Shown here: in pieces, positions 38,873 to 51,716 of the stretch
Position numbering within the stretch: position 1 is the first letter of the stretch
Layout of the letters: each line of letters begins with the position of its first letter
Assembly: GCA_964016885.1 (NCBI GenBank)
Contig: OZ024759.1
Coordinates: 11,532,001 to 11,596,000, forward strand
Length of the DNA stretch: 64,000 bases
Direction: 5' to 3'
From: Eledone cirrhosa
Taxonomy: Eukaryota
Translations under genes and position numbers: made by a program
The notes under the pieces: model-generated
The model's input: only the letters and a program-made list of their open reading frames with translations
Database searches by the model: none
What the model was told of the DNA's origin: nothing

Positions 38873-38876
<4 letters not shown>
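37985..38876 (-). mobile_element. Internally deleted Tc1/mariner element, DD37D (maT) family
   Basis: 27-bp TIRs CAGGGTGTGGACGATACTTGTTTGCAA / CAGAGTGTGGACGATATTTGTTCGCAA flanked by TA, within (TA)n. Confidence 0.92.
38109..38668 (-). pseudogene. C-terminal half of a DD37D transposase (N-terminal HTH and first catalytic Asp missing)
   Basis: QQDSAPCH...WPPSSPDCNPLDF with 37 residues between the two Asp; ends in FRGRLEAVIKANGGFIE. Confidence 0.9.
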
Positions 38877-38921
<45 letters not shown>

Positions 38922-39232
38922 AAACATATATCTATATATATGTGTGTGATCCTTCAGTGTTAATGTTTGTGTATAAGTAAGTGACCCCGTTTGTCTATTT
39001 CCAATTGTCAATATTCAGTGAGGCCTTTATTTTGTTCTCTCTTCACTGCAAGACTGTTCTAACTAAACCACCCTCACTTCTTTCCCACCACCTACACCTC
39101 CATCACTCCCTCACTCCTTTGCCACCACCTACACCTCCATCACCCCTCACCCCCTACCCACTACACACACCTCCATCACCCCCACAAAAGATTTTGAAAC
39201 TACTGACTTTTTCATTTTCTTGATAATAATAA

Positions 39233-40396
39233 TAATTGTTTCTACCTTTGGCACAAGGCCAGCAATTATCCCAGTGCATTACTGGTACTTTATTTTATCG
39301 ACCCTTAAAGGATGAAAGGCAAAGTTAACCTCAGCGGGATTTGAACGCAGAACGTAAAAGGCCATAACTCTATGCTGCAAAGCATGCTGTCTGATGCTCT
39401 ACCAATACTGCCAATATGCTGCCCTAATAGTAATAATAATTTCTTTATTAGCCACACAGGGTTCACATTAAGGAAACATTAAAGACGGTACAACACGTTA
39501 CAGTGTGGGGTTTTCTGTAAAATAACATTTATAAAAGAGACTAAGAAAATAAACATTTAAAAAAACAAACATAACAAATTCCCCAAAGGTGAGGAGACTC
39601 TAAGGGTCACACGTGGAGAAATCCCCCCAAAACCACGGTCACCCTGAGCGCTAGAGCAACCACCCCCTCCCACTTGTCCTCCCTCTATACTACAAGCACA
39701 TAATGATAATTATTTCTACCTTTGGCACAAGGCCAGCAATTACCCCAGTGCATTACTGGTACTTTATTTTATCGAACCTATAAGGATGAACGGCAGAGCT
39801 AACTGTGGCGGGATTTGAATTCAGAACGTAAAGGGCCGTAACTCTATGCTGCAAAGCAGGATGTCCGACGCTGAAGCGATACTGCAAATCCACTGCCCTA
39901 ATAATAATTGTTTCTACTTTAGGCACAAGGCCAGCAATTACCCAGTGCATTACTGGTACTTTATTTTATCGACCCCGTAAGGATGAAAGGCAAAGTCAAC
40001 CTCGGCGGGATTTGAACTCAGATCATAAAGGGACGTAACTATGCTGGAAAGCATGGCGTCCGACCCTCTACCGATACTGCCAAAATAATGATTTCTTTAT
40101 TGGCCACAAGAGCTGACATCAAGAAAAACATTACAGACGGCACAGGAAGGTACTGGATGGTACCGGATGGCACAAGACGGTACAACGTGGGTTTTGTGCG
40201 TGTAAAGGTTTTTATTATTTATATGAAGAAAAGAAAAAAAGACATAATGATAATAATGATTGTTTCTACTTAAGGCACAAGGCCAGCAATAACCCAGTGC
40301 ATTACTGGTACTTTATTTTATCGACCCCGTAAGGATGAAAGGCAAAGTCAACCTCGACGGGACTTTGCCTTTCATCCTTGCGGGGTCGATAAAATA
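39233..40396 (-). mobile_element. Cluster of four SINE family A copies interleaved with two LINE 3' tails; last copy has a 36-bp inverted fold-back
   Basis: Family sequences; inverted arms at 40314-40349 and 40361-40396. Confidence 0.87.
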
Positions 40397-40460
40397 TAGT
40401 AATAATAATGGTTTCTGATTTAGGCATAAGACCAATTTATGATGTTTGGAGACGTTGATT

Positions 40461-43400
40461 AGATCTATCAGTGCTGGGGAAGTCCTCTCTCTCTCTCTCT
40501 AGATCTATCTTAGTACAGATCAGTGCTGGGGAAGTCCTCTCTCTCTCTCTCTAGATCTATCTTAGTACAGATCAGTGCTGGGGAAGTCCTCTCTCTCTCT
40601 CTCTAGATCTATCTTAGTACAGGTCAGTGCTGGGGAAGTCCTCTCTCTCTCTCTCTAGATCTATCTTAGTACAGATCAGTGCTGGGGAAGTCCTCTCTCT
40701 CTCTAGATCTATCTTAGTACAGGTCAGTGCTGGGGAAGTCCTCTCTCTCTCTAGATCTATCTTAGTACAGGTCAGTGCTGGGGAAGTCCTCTCTCTCTCT
40801 AGATCTATCTTAGTACAGGTCAGTGCCGGGGAAGTCCTCTCTCTAGATCTATCTTAGTACAGGTCAGTGTTGGGGAAGTCCTCTCTCTCTCTAGATCTAT
40901 CTTAGTACAGGTCAGTGTTGGGGAAGTCCTCTCTCTCTCTAGATCTATCTTAGTACAGGTCAGTGCTGGGGAAGTCCTCTCTCTCTCTAGATCTATCTTA
41001 GTACAGGTCAGTGCTGGGGAAGTCCTCTCTCTCTCTCTAGATCTATCTTAGTACAGATCAGTGCTGGGGAAGTCCTCTCTCTCTCTCTCTAGATCTATCT
41101 TAGTACAGGTCAGTGCTGGGGAAGTCCTCTCTCTCTCTCTCTAGATCTATCTTAGTACAGATCAGTGCTGGGGAAGTCCTCTCTCTCTCTCTAGATCTAT
41201 CTTAGTACAGATCAGTGCTGGGGAAGTCCTCTCTCTCTCTCTAGATCTATCTTAGTACAGATCAGTGCTGGGGAAGTCCTCTCTCTCTCTAGATCTATCT
41301 TAGTACAGGTCAGTGTTGGGGAAGTCCTCTCTCTCTCTAGATCTATCTTAGTACAGGTCAGTGCTGGGGAAGTCCTCTCTCTCTCTAGATCTATCTTAGT
41401 ACAGGTCAGTGCTGGGGAAGTCCTCTCTCTCTCTAGATCTATCTTAGTACAGATCAGTGCTGGGGAAGTCCTCTCTCTAGATCTATCTTAGTACAGGTCA
41501 ATGCTGGAGAAGTCCTCTCTCTAGATCTATCTTAGTACAGGTCAATGCTGGAGAAGTCCTCTCTCTAGATCTATCTTAGTACAGGTCAGTGCTGGGGAAG
41601 TCCTCTCTCTAGATCTATCTTAGTACAGGTCAATGCTGGAGAAGTCCTCTCTCTAGATCTATCTTAGTACAGGTCAGTGCTGGGGAAGTCCTCTCTCTAG
41701 ATCTATCTTAGTACAGATCAGTGCTGGGGAAGTCCTCTCTCTCTCTAGATCTATCTTAGTACAGGTCAGTGCTGGGGAAGTCCTCTCTCTCTCTCTAGAT
41801 CTATCTTAGTACAGATCAGTGCTGGGGAAGTCCTCTCTCTCTCTCTCTAGATCTATCTTAGTACAGGTCAGTGCTGGGGAAGTCCTCTCTCTCTCTCTCT
41901 AGATCTATCTTAGTACAGATCAGTGCTGGGGAAGTCCTCTCTCTCTCTAGATCTATCTTAGTACAGGTCAGTGTTGGGGAAGTCCTCTCTCTCTCTAGAT
42001 CTATCTTAGTACAGGTCAGTGCTGGGGAAGTCCTCTCTCTCTCTAGATCTATCTTAGTACAGGTCAGTGCTGGGGAAGTCCTCTCTCTCTCTAGATCTAT
42101 CTTAGTACAGATCAGTGCTGGGGAAGTCCTCTCTCTAGATCTATCTTAGTACAGGTCAATGCTGGAGAAGTCCTCTCTCTAGATCTATCTTAGTACAGGT
42201 CAATGCTGGAGAAGTCCTCTCTCTAGATCTATCTTAGTACAGGTCAGTGCTGGGGAAGTCCTCTCTCTAGATCTATCTTAGTACAGGTCAATGCTGGAGA
42301 AGTCCTCTCTCTAGATCTATCTTAGTACAGGTCAGTGCTGGGGAAGTCCTCTCTCTAGATCTATCTTAGTACAGATCAGTGCTGGGGAAGTCCTCTCTCT
42401 CTCTAGATCTATCTTAGTACAGGTCAGTGCTGGGGAAGTCCTCTCTCTCTAGATCTATCTTAGTACAGGTCAGTGCTGGGGAAGTCCTCTCTCTCTCTAG
42501 ATCTATCTTAGTACAGGTCAGTGCTGGGGAAGTCCTCTCTCTCTCTGGATCTATCTTAGTACAGGTCAGTGCTGGGGAAGTCCTCTCTCTAGATCTATCT
42601 TAGTACAGGTCAGTGCTGGGGAAGTCCTCTCTCTCTCTAGATCTAACTTAGTACAGGTCAGTGCTGGGGAAGTCCTCTCTAGATCTATCTTAGTACAGGT
42701 CAGTGCTGGGGAAGTCCTCTCTCTAGATCTATCTCAGTACAGGTTATCTATCTTAGTACAGGTCAGTGCTGGGGAAGTCCTCTCTCTCTAGATCTATCTT
42801 AGTACAGGTCAGTGCTGGGGAAGTCCTCTCTCTCTCTAGATCTATCTTAGTACAGGTCAGTGTTGGGGAAGTCCTCTCTCTGGATCTATCTTAGTACAGG
42901 TCAGTGCTGGGGAAGTCCTCTCTCTAGATCTATCTTAGTACAGGTCAGTGCTGGGGAAGTCCTCTCTCTAGATATATCTTAGTACAGGTCAGTGCTGGGG
43001 AAGGCCTCTCTCTAGATCTATCTTAGTACAGGTCAGTGCTGGGGAAGTCCTCTCTCTAGATCTATCTCAGTACAGGTTATCTATCTTAGTACAGGTCAGT
43101 GCTGAAGAAGTCCTCTCTCTCTCTAGATCTATCTTAGTACAGGTCAGTGCTGGGGAAGTCCTCTCTCTCTCTAGATCTATCTTAGTACAGGTCAGTGCTG
43201 GGGAAGTCCTCTCTCTCTCTAGATCTATCTTAGTACAGGTCAGTGCTGGGGAAGTCCTCTCTCTCTCTAGATCTATCTTAGTACAGGTCAGTGCTGGGGA
43301 AGTCCTCTCTCTGGATCTATCTTAGTACAGGTCAGTGCTGGGGAAGTCCTCCCTCTAGATATATCTTAGTACAGGTCAGTGCTGGGGAAGTCCTCTCTCT

Positions 43401-46400
43401 AGATCTATCTCAGTACAGGTTAGTGCTGGGGAAGTCCTCTCTCTCTCTCTAGATCTATCTTAGTACAGGTCAGTGCTGGGGAAGTCCTCTCTCTAGATCT
43501 ATCTTAGTACAGGTCAGTGCTGGGGAAGTCCTCTCTCTAGATCTATCTTAGTACAGGTCAGTGCTGGGGAAGTCCTTTCTCTCTCTCTAGATCTATCTTA
43601 ATACATGTCAGTGCTGGGGAAGTCCTCTCTCTCTCTCTAGATCTATCTTAATACATGTCAGTGCTGGGGAAGTCCTCTCTCTCTCTCTAGATCTATCTTA
43701 ATACATGTCAGTGCTGGGGAAGTCCTCTCTAGATCTATCTTAGTACAGGTCAGTGCTGGGGAAGTCCTCTCTAGATCTATCTTAGTACAGGTCAGTGCTG
43801 GGGAAGTCCTCTCTCTAGATCTCTCTTAGTACAGGTCAGTGCTGGGGAAGTCCTCTCTCGAGATCTATCTTAGTACATGTCAGTGCTGGGAAAGTCCTCT
43901 CTCGAGATCTATCTTAGTACAGGTCAGTGCTGGGAAAGTCCTCTCTCGAGATCTATCTTAGTACAGTTCAGTGCTGGGGAAGTCCTCTCTCGAGATCTAT
44001 CTTAGTACAGGTCAGTGCTGGGGAAGTCCTCTCTCGAGATCTATCTTAGTACAGGTCAGTGCTGGGGAAGTCTTCTCTCTAGATCTATCTTAGTACAGGT
44101 CAGTGCTGGGGAAGTCCTCTCTAGATCTATCTTAGTACAAGTCAGTGCTGGGGAAGTCCTCTCTCTAGATCTATCTTAGTACAGGTCAGTGCTGGGGAAG
44201 TCCTCTCTAGATCTATCTTAGTACAAGTCAGTGCTGGGGAAGTCCTCTCTCTAGATCTATCTTAGTACAGGTCAGTGCTGGGGAAGTCCTCTCTCGAGAT
44301 CTATCTTAGTACAGGTCAGTGCTGGGGAAGTCCTCTCTCGAGATCTATCTTAGTACAGGTCAGTGCTGGGGAAGTCCTCTCTCTAGATCTATCTTAGTAC
44401 AGGTCAGTGTTGGGGAAGTCCTCTCTCTCTCTAGATCTATCTTAGTACAGGTCAGTGCTGGGGAAGTCCTCTCTCTAGATCTATCTTAGTACAGGTCAGT
44501 GCTGGGGAAGTCCTCTCTCTAGATCTATCTTAGTACAGGTCAGTGCTGGGGAAGTCCTCTCTCTAGATATATCTTAGTACAGGTCAGTGCTGGGGAAGTC
44601 CTCTCTCTAGATCTATCTCAGTACAGGTCAATGCTGGGGAAGTCCTCTCTCTCTCTCTAGATCTATCTTAGTACAGGTCAGTGCTGGGGAAGTCCTTTCT
44701 CTCTCTCTAGATCTATCTTAATACATGTCAGTGCCGGGGAAGTCCTCTCTAGATCTATCTTAGTACAGGTCAGTGCTGGGGAAGTCCTCTCTAGATCTAT
44801 CTTAGTACAGGTCAGTGCTGGGGAAGTCCTCTCTCTAGATCTATCTTAGTACAGGTCAGTGCTGGGGAAGTCCTCTCTCTCTCTAGATCTATCTTAGTAC
44901 AGGTCAGTGTTGGGGAAGTCCTCTCTCTCTCTAGATCTATCTTAGTACAGGTCAGTGCTGGGGAAGTCCTCTCTCTATATCTATCTTAGTACAGGTCAGT
45001 GCTGGGGAAGTCCTCTCTCTAGATCTATCTTAGTACAGGTCAGTGCTGGGGAAGTCCTCTCTCTAGATCTATCTTAGTACAGGTCAGTGCTGGGGAAGTC
45101 CTCTCTCTAGATCTATCTTAGTACAGGTCAGTGCTGGGGAAGTCCTCTCTCTAGATCTATCTTAGTACAGGTCAGTGCTGGGGAAGTCCTCTCTCTAGAT
45201 CTATCTTAGTACAGGTCAGTGTTGGGGAAGTCCTCTCTCTCTCTAGATCTATCTTAGTACAGGTCAGTACTGGGGAAGTCCTCTCTCTCTCTAGATCTAT
45301 CTTAGTACAGGTTAGTGCTGGGGAAGTCCTCTCTCTCTCTAGATATATCTTAGTACAGGTCAGTGCTGGGGAAGTCCTCTCTCTCTCTAGATATATCTTA
45401 GTACAGGTCAGTGCTGGGGAAGTCCTCTCTCTAGATCTATCTTAGTACAAGTCAGTGCTGGGGAAGTCCCTTCTCTGTCTAGATCTATCTTAGTACAGGT
45501 CAGTGCTGGGGAAGTCTTCTCTCTAGATCTATCTTAGTACAGCTCAGTGTTGGGGAAGTCCTCTCTCTAGATCTATCTTAGTACAGCTCAGTGTTGGGGA
45601 AGTCCTCTCTCTAGATCTATCTTAGTACATGTCAGTGCGGGGGAAGTCCTCTCTCTAGATCTATCTTAGTACAGCTCAGTGTTGGGGAAGTCCTCTCTCT
45701 AGATCTATCTTAGTACAGCTCAGTGCTGGGGAAGTCCTCTCTCTAGATCTATCTTAGTACAGGTCAGTGCTGGGGAAGTCCTCTCTCTAGATCTATCTTA
45801 GTACAGGTCAGTGCTGGGGAAGTCCTCTCTCTAGATCTATCTTAGTACAAGTCAGTGCTGGGGAAGTCCTCTCTCTAGATCTATCTTAGTACAGGTCAGT
45901 GCTGGGGAAGTCCTCTCTCTAGATCTATCTTAGTACAGGTCAGTGCTGGGGAAGTCCTCTCTCGATCTATCTTAGTACAGGTCAGTGCTGGGGAAGTCCT
46001 CTCTCTAGATCTATCTTAGTACAGGTCAGTGCTGGGGAAGTCCTCTCTCTAGATCTATCTTAGTACAGGTCAGTGCTGGGGAAGTCCTCTCTCTCTCTAG
46101 ATCTATCTTAGTACAGGTCAGTGCTGGGGAAGTCCTCTCTCTAGATCTCTCTTAGTACATGTCAGTGCTGGGGAAGTCCTCTCTAGATCTATCTTAGTAC
46201 AGGTCAGTGCTGGGGAAGTCCTCTGTCTAGATCTATCTTAGTACAGGTCAGTGTTGGGGAAGTCCTCTCTCTAGATCTATCTTAGTACAGGTCAGTGTTG
46301 GGGAAGTCCTCTCTAGATCTATCTTAGTACAGGTCAGTGCTGGGGAAGTCCTCTCTCTCTCTAGATCTATCTTAGTACAGGTCAGTGCTGGGGAAGTCCT

Positions 46401-47132
46401 CTCTCTCTCTAGATCTATCTTAGTACAGGTCAGTGCCGGGGAAGTCCTCTCTCTAGATCTATCTTAGTACAGGTCAGTGCTGGGGAAGTCCTCTCTCTCT
46501 CTAGATCTATCTTAGTACAGGTCAGTGCTGGGGAAGTCCTCTCTCTCTCTAGATCTATCTTAGTACATGTCAGTGCTGGGGAAGTCCTCTCTCTAGATCT
46601 ATCTTAGTACAGGTCAGTGTTGGGGAAGTCCTCTCTCTCTCTAGATCTATCTTAGTACAGGTCAGTGCTGGGGAAGTCCTCTCTCTAGATCTATCTTAGT
46701 ACATGTCAGTGCTGGGGAAGTCCTCTCTCTAGATCTATCTTAGTACAGGTCAGTGTTGGGGAAGTCCTCTCTCTAGATCTATCTTAGTACAGGTCAGTGT
46801 TGGGGAAGTCCTCTCTCTCTCTAGATCTATCTTAGTACAGGTCAGTGCTGGGGAAGTCCTCTCTCTAGATCTATCTCAGTATAGGTCAGTGCTGGGGAAG
46901 TCCTCTCTCTAGATCTATCTTAGTACATGTCAGTGCTGGGGAAGTCCTCTCTCTAGATCTATCTTAGTACAGGTCAGTGTTGGGGAAGTCCTCTCTCTCT
47001 CTAGATCTATCTTAGTACAGGTCAGTGCTGGGGAAGTCCTCTCTCTATATCTATCTTAGTACAGGTCAGTGCTGGGGAAGTCCTCTCTCTAGATCTATCT
47101 TAGTACAGGTCAGTGCTGGGGAAGTCCTCTCT
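40461..47132. repeat. 6.7-kb minisatellite, unit AGATCTATCTTAGTACAGGTCAGTGCTGGGGAAGTC(CT)n (~44-56 bp), roughly 140 copies
   Basis: Directly visible; embedded variable-length CT tract. Confidence 0.97.
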
Positions 47133-47286
47133 CACTTTCTCACATCCTGGATGTTCTGCTGGATCAGAGGAGAGGTGTGGTGGTCAAGAGCACAGTGCCT
47201 GTGGTGGTCAAGAGGACTGTCTCTGTATCATCACACCTGCATCTTACATATTAAGTCACTGAATTGCGAGATCCATAGTTTTATGT

Positions 47287-47365
47287 TTGTACACGTGTGT
47301 GTGTAAGTGTGTGTATATGTGTATGTGTGAGTGTGTATGTATGTGTGTGTGTGTATGTGTATATA

Positions 47366-47399
<34 letters not shown>

Positions 47400-47424
47400 C
47401 ATATGTGTGTATCTGTTTGTACAC

Positions 47425-47458
<34 letters not shown>

Positions 47459-47657
47459 GTGTATGTGTGTGTGTATATGTGTGTATATGTGTTTGTACAC
47501 GTGTGTGTGTGTATATATATGTGTGCGTGTGTATGTGTGTATATGTTTTTGTACACGTGTGTTTGTGTGTGTGCGTGTGTATATGTGTGCGTGTGTGTGT
47601 GTGTATATATGTGTGTATATGTATGTGTATATGTGTGTGTGTGGGTGCGCGTGTGTG
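47287..47657. repeat. (GT/TA)n microsatellite
   Basis: Directly visible. Confidence 0.93.
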
Positions 47658-47991
47658 AAACGAAAACCTTTAATGAGATTTGTTAATCTGTTTGCATTAA
47701 TTATATTTCATAAATAATGAGTGCTATCTACCGTTACTATGGAAACCTTCATGTGATGAAGAAACCAATGGAAGACTAGGTTGTGAAATAATACTTATTG
47801 ATTAGTAATACTATTGTGAATGGTAGCATGTATATATATATCTCTTTTACATCTGTTCTTCCACGCTAGCATGGGTTAGACGGGTTGTCCTGTTGTGGGC
47901 AGTGTCCAGTTGGCTGACCTTGCCTTACTCATACGGGAACTGATTCTGGCTTGATTTCTACAGCTGGATGCCCTTCCTAACACCAACCTCA

Positions 47992-49139
47992 TTTACAGTG
48001 AGTGCTGGGTGCTTTTTTGCCGTGGCACCTCCACGACCACTTTACAGTGAGGGCGGGGTGCTTTTTTGCCGTGGCACCTCCACGACCACTTTACAGTGAG
48101 GGCGGGGTGCTTTTTTGCCGTGGCACCTCCACGACCACTTTACAGTGAGGGCGGGGTGCTTTTTTGCCGTGGCACCTCCACGACCACTTTACAGTGAGGG
48201 CAGGGTGCTTTTTTGCCGTGGCACCTCCACGACCACTTTACAGTGAGTGCTGGGTGTTTTTTTGCCGTGGCACCTCCACGACCACTTTACAGTGAGGGCG
48301 GGGTGCTTTTTTGCCGTGGCACCTCCACGACCACTTTACAGTGAGTGCTGGGTGCTTTTTTGCCGTGGCACCTCCACGACCACTTTACAGTGAGTGCTGG
48401 GTGTTTTTTTGCCGTGGCACCTCCACGACCACTTTACAGTGAGGGCAGGGTGCTTTTTTGCCGTGGCACCTCCACGACCACTTTACAGTGAGTGCTGGGT
48501 GCTTTTTTGCCGTGGCACCTCCACGACCACTTTACAGTGAGGGCGGGGTGTTTTTTTGCCGTGGCACCTCCACGACCACTTTACAGTGAGTGCTGGGTGC
48601 TTTTTTGCCGTGGCACCTCCACGACCACTTTACAGTGAGTGCTGGGTGTTTTTTTGCCGTGGCACCTCCACGACCACTTTACAGTGAGTGCTGGGTGCTT
48701 TTTTGCCGTGGCACCTCCACGACCACTTTACAGTGAGTGCTGGGTGCTTTTTTGCCGTGGCACCTCCACGACCACTTTACAGTGAGGGCGGGGTGCTTTT
48801 TTGCCGTGGCACCTCCACGACCACTTTACAGTGAGGGCGGGGTGCTTTTTTGCCGTGGCACCTCCACGACCACTTTACAGTGAGGGCGGGGTGCTTTTTT
48901 GCCGTGGCACCTCCACGACCACTTTACAGTGAGTGCTGGGTGCTCTTTTGCCGTAGCACCTCCACGACCACTTTACAGTGAGGGCGGGGTGCTTTTTTGC
49001 CATGGCACCTCCACGACCACTTTACAGTGAGGGCGGGGTGCTTTTTTGCCATGGCACCTCCACGACCACTTTACAGTGAGGGCTGGGTGCTTTTTTGCTG
49101 TAGCACCTCCACGACCACTTTACAGTGAGGGCTGGGTGC
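47992..49139. repeat. 49-bp minisatellite (~23 copies) derived from the SINE-B tail
   Basis: Unit GGGTGCTTTTTTGCCGTGGCACCTCCACGACCACTTTACAGTGAG.GC. is present once in the SINE at ~12945-13003. Confidence 0.95.
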
Positions 49140-49164
49140 ATAGACGACCAGGTCCACCAATATC

Positions 49165-49585
49165 CTCCACCACTGGTACTCCTTACCACCCCAGCACTGG
49201 TACTCGATACCACCGCACCACTGGTTCTCCATACCACTCCCTCACTGCCCTCCATACACCCCCTGCCCTCCACCACTGGTGCTCCATACTAACCCTTCAC
49301 TGCCCTCCACCACTGGTACTCCATACCACCCCACCACTGGTGCTCCATACCACCCCACCACTGGTGCTCCATCCCACCCCACCACTGGTGCTCCATACCA
49401 CCCCACCACTGGTGCTCCATACCACCCCACCACTGGTGCTCCATACCACCCCACCACTGGTGCTCCATACCACCCCACCACTGGTGCTCCATACCACCCC
49501 ACCACTGGTGCTCCATCCCACCTCACTACTGCCCCCACCACTGGTACTCCATACCACCCCACCATTGCCCTCCACTACTGGTGTT
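49165..49585. repeat. 24-bp minisatellite (CCACTGGTGCTCCATACCACCCCA)
   Basis: Directly visible; continuous with the end of the RTE coding fragment. Confidence 0.9.
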
Positions 49586-49805
49586 CCCATGCCAACCTCT
49601 CTGCATCTTCCAAGGGTACATGGAGCCTCTGGAGATGATCCTTAACCAGGGTCCAGCCATTTGGTGTAGGGCTTGCCGCAGGTCTCTTCCAGCTTGTAAC
49701 TGCTGCGTTGAACGAGAGTAAAGCCCTGGCAGGGTGATCTGATGGGAGATGGTGAACATCTCCATACCAGTGGTTGGCTATGAGGCAGGAGGCTGTGGGC
49801 TGATG

Positions 49806-51392
49806 CTGGTAATATGGTGGTACCATCTGATGTCCTCAATGGTCCTCAGTGCCCTGGTAATATGGTGTTACCATCTGATGCCCTCAATGGTCCTCAATTC
49901 CCTGGTAATATGGTGTTACCATCTGATGCCCTCAATGGTCCTCAGTTCCCTGGTAATATGGTGTTACCATCTGATGTCCTCAATGGTCCTCAGTGCCCTG
50001 GTAATATGGTGTTACCTTCTGATGTCCTCAATGGTCCTCAGTGCCCTGGTAATATGGTGGTACCTTCTGATGTCCTCAATGGTCCTCAGTTCCCTGGTAA
50101 TATGGTGTTACCTTCTGATGTCCTCAATGGTCCTCAGTGCCCTGGTAATATGGTGGTACCTTCTGATGTCCTCAATGGTCCTCAGTGCCCTGGTAATATG
50201 GTGTTACCATCTGATGTCCTAAATGGTCCTCAGTTCCCTGGTAATATGGTGTTACCATCTGATGCCCTCAATGGTCCTCAATTCCCTGGTAATATGGTGT
50301 TACCATCTGATGTCCTCAATGGTCCTCAGTGCCCTGGTAATATGGTGTTACCTTCTGATGTCCTCAATGGTCCTCAGTGCCCTGGTAATATGGTGGTACC
50401 TTCTGATGTCCTCAATGGTCCTCAGTGCCCTGGTAATATGGTGTTACCATCTGATGTCCTCAATGGTCCTCAGTGCCCTGGTAATATGGTGTTACCATCT
50501 GATGTCCTCAATGGTCCTCAGTGCCCTGGTAATATGGTGGTACCTTCTGATGTCCTCAATGGTCCTCAGTGCCCTGGTAATATGGTGTTACCATCTGATG
50601 TCCTCAATGGTCCTCAGTGCCCTGGTAATATGGTGTTACCATCTGATGTCCTCAATGGTCCTCAGTGCCCTGGTAATATGGTGTTACCATCTGATCTCCT
50701 CAATGGTCCTCAGTGCCCTGGTAATATGGTGTTACCATCTGATGTCCTCAATGGTCCTCAGTGCCCTGGTAATATGGTGTTACCATCTGATGTCCTCAAT
50801 GGTCCTCAGTGCCCTGGTAATATGGTGTTACCATCTGATGTCCTCAATGGTTCTCAGTTCCCTGGTAATATGGTGGTACCATCTGAAGTCCTCAATTGTC
50901 CTCAGTGCCCTGGTAATATGGTGTTACCATCTGATGTCCTCAATGGTCCTCAGTTCCCTGGTAATATGGTGTTACCATCTGATGTCCTCAATGGTCCTCA
51001 GTGCCCTGGTAATATGGTGTTACCATCTGATGTCCTCAATGGTCCTCAGTGCCCTGGTAATATGGTGTTACCATCTGATGTCCTCAATGGTCCTCAGTTC
51101 CCTGGTAATATGGTGGTACCATCTGATGTCCTCAATTGTCCTCAGTGCCCTGGTAATATGGTGTTACCATCTGATGTCCTCAATGGTCCTCAGTTCCCTG
51201 GTAATATGGTGTTACCATCTGATGTCCTCAATGGTCCTCAGTGCCCTGGTAATATGGTGTTACCATCTGATGTCCTCAATGGCCCTCAGTGCCCTGGTAA
51301 TATGGTGTTACCATCTGATGCCCTCAATGGTCCTCAGTGCCCTGGTAATATGGTGTTACCATCTGATGCCCTCAATAGTCCTCAGTGCCCTG
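49806..51392. repeat. 48-bp minisatellite (~33 copies) derived from 16 codons of RTE ORF2
   Basis: Unit CTGGTAATATGGTGTTACCATCTGATGTCCTCAATGGTCCTCAGTGCC; minus-strand frame RALRTIEDIRW(Y/*)HHIT. Confidence 0.95.
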
Positions 51393-51484
51393 CTACTGAA
51401 GCCATCAGATAAGTAGCACTCGACAGTTTATAGGACTGGAGTATAAATAATATAAGATCAAAAGAGGGTTAAAAGAGTTCCATG

Positions 51485-51555
51485 TATTTTATTATGCGCA
51501 TTTCAAAAACAAATATCATCATGGGATGATATTTGCGTTCTCATCAGATAAAATA
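51485..51555 (-). ncRNA. Type I hammerhead ribozyme motif (minus-strand copy)
   Basis: Exact reverse complement of the 51646-51716 motif. Confidence 0.8.
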
Positions 51556-51645
51556 GGGAGACGTGATATGAAGCTTAAAAAAACACTTGCGAGCAGTGAA
51601 GTGTTAAATCAACATATATTTTTTAAGCTTCATATCATGTTTCCC

Positions 51646-51716
51646 TATTTTATCTGATGAGAACGCAAATATCATCCCATGATGATATTTGTTTTTGAAA
51701 TGCGCATAATAAAATA
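51646..51716 (+). ncRNA. Type I hammerhead ribozyme motif (plus-strand copy)
   Basis: Stem I UAUUUUAU/AUAAAAUA (8 bp); core CUGAUGA (51654-51660); 16-position stem II with CCAU loop (one mismatch, G-U pairs); GAAA (51697-51700); stem III U-GCGC-A; triplet AUA, predicted cut after 51708. Confidence 0.82.

Larger units (their letters stand above)
47845..51403 (-). mobile_element. RTE-type LINE 3' end joined to a SINE-B-type tail, expanded by three internal tandem arrays
   Basis: Minus strand: DGFSSRALRTIEDIRWYHHIT...QPTASCLIA..WYGDVHHLPSDHPARALL...WKRPA...KDHLQRLHVPLEDAERLA (RTE ORF2 C-terminus), then a tail matching 23870-24070. Confidence 0.8.

Noticed and set aside
40461-47132. CRISPR-like repeat-spacer array
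   Set aside because: Spacers are only (CT)n length variants, not unique sequences; no cas genes; eukaryotic context.
49806-51392. Tandem hammerhead (retrozyme-like) array suggested by repeated CTGATG
   Set aside because: Unit has CTGATGT/C rather than CTGANGA and no GAAA or stem III; explained by the RTE codons for DIRW on the other strand.
49749-51416. 532-aa repetitive protein (MVLPSDVLNGPQCPGN)n
   Set aside because: Antisense read-through of a minisatellite derived from RTE ORF2; two frames are open, as expected for a repeat.
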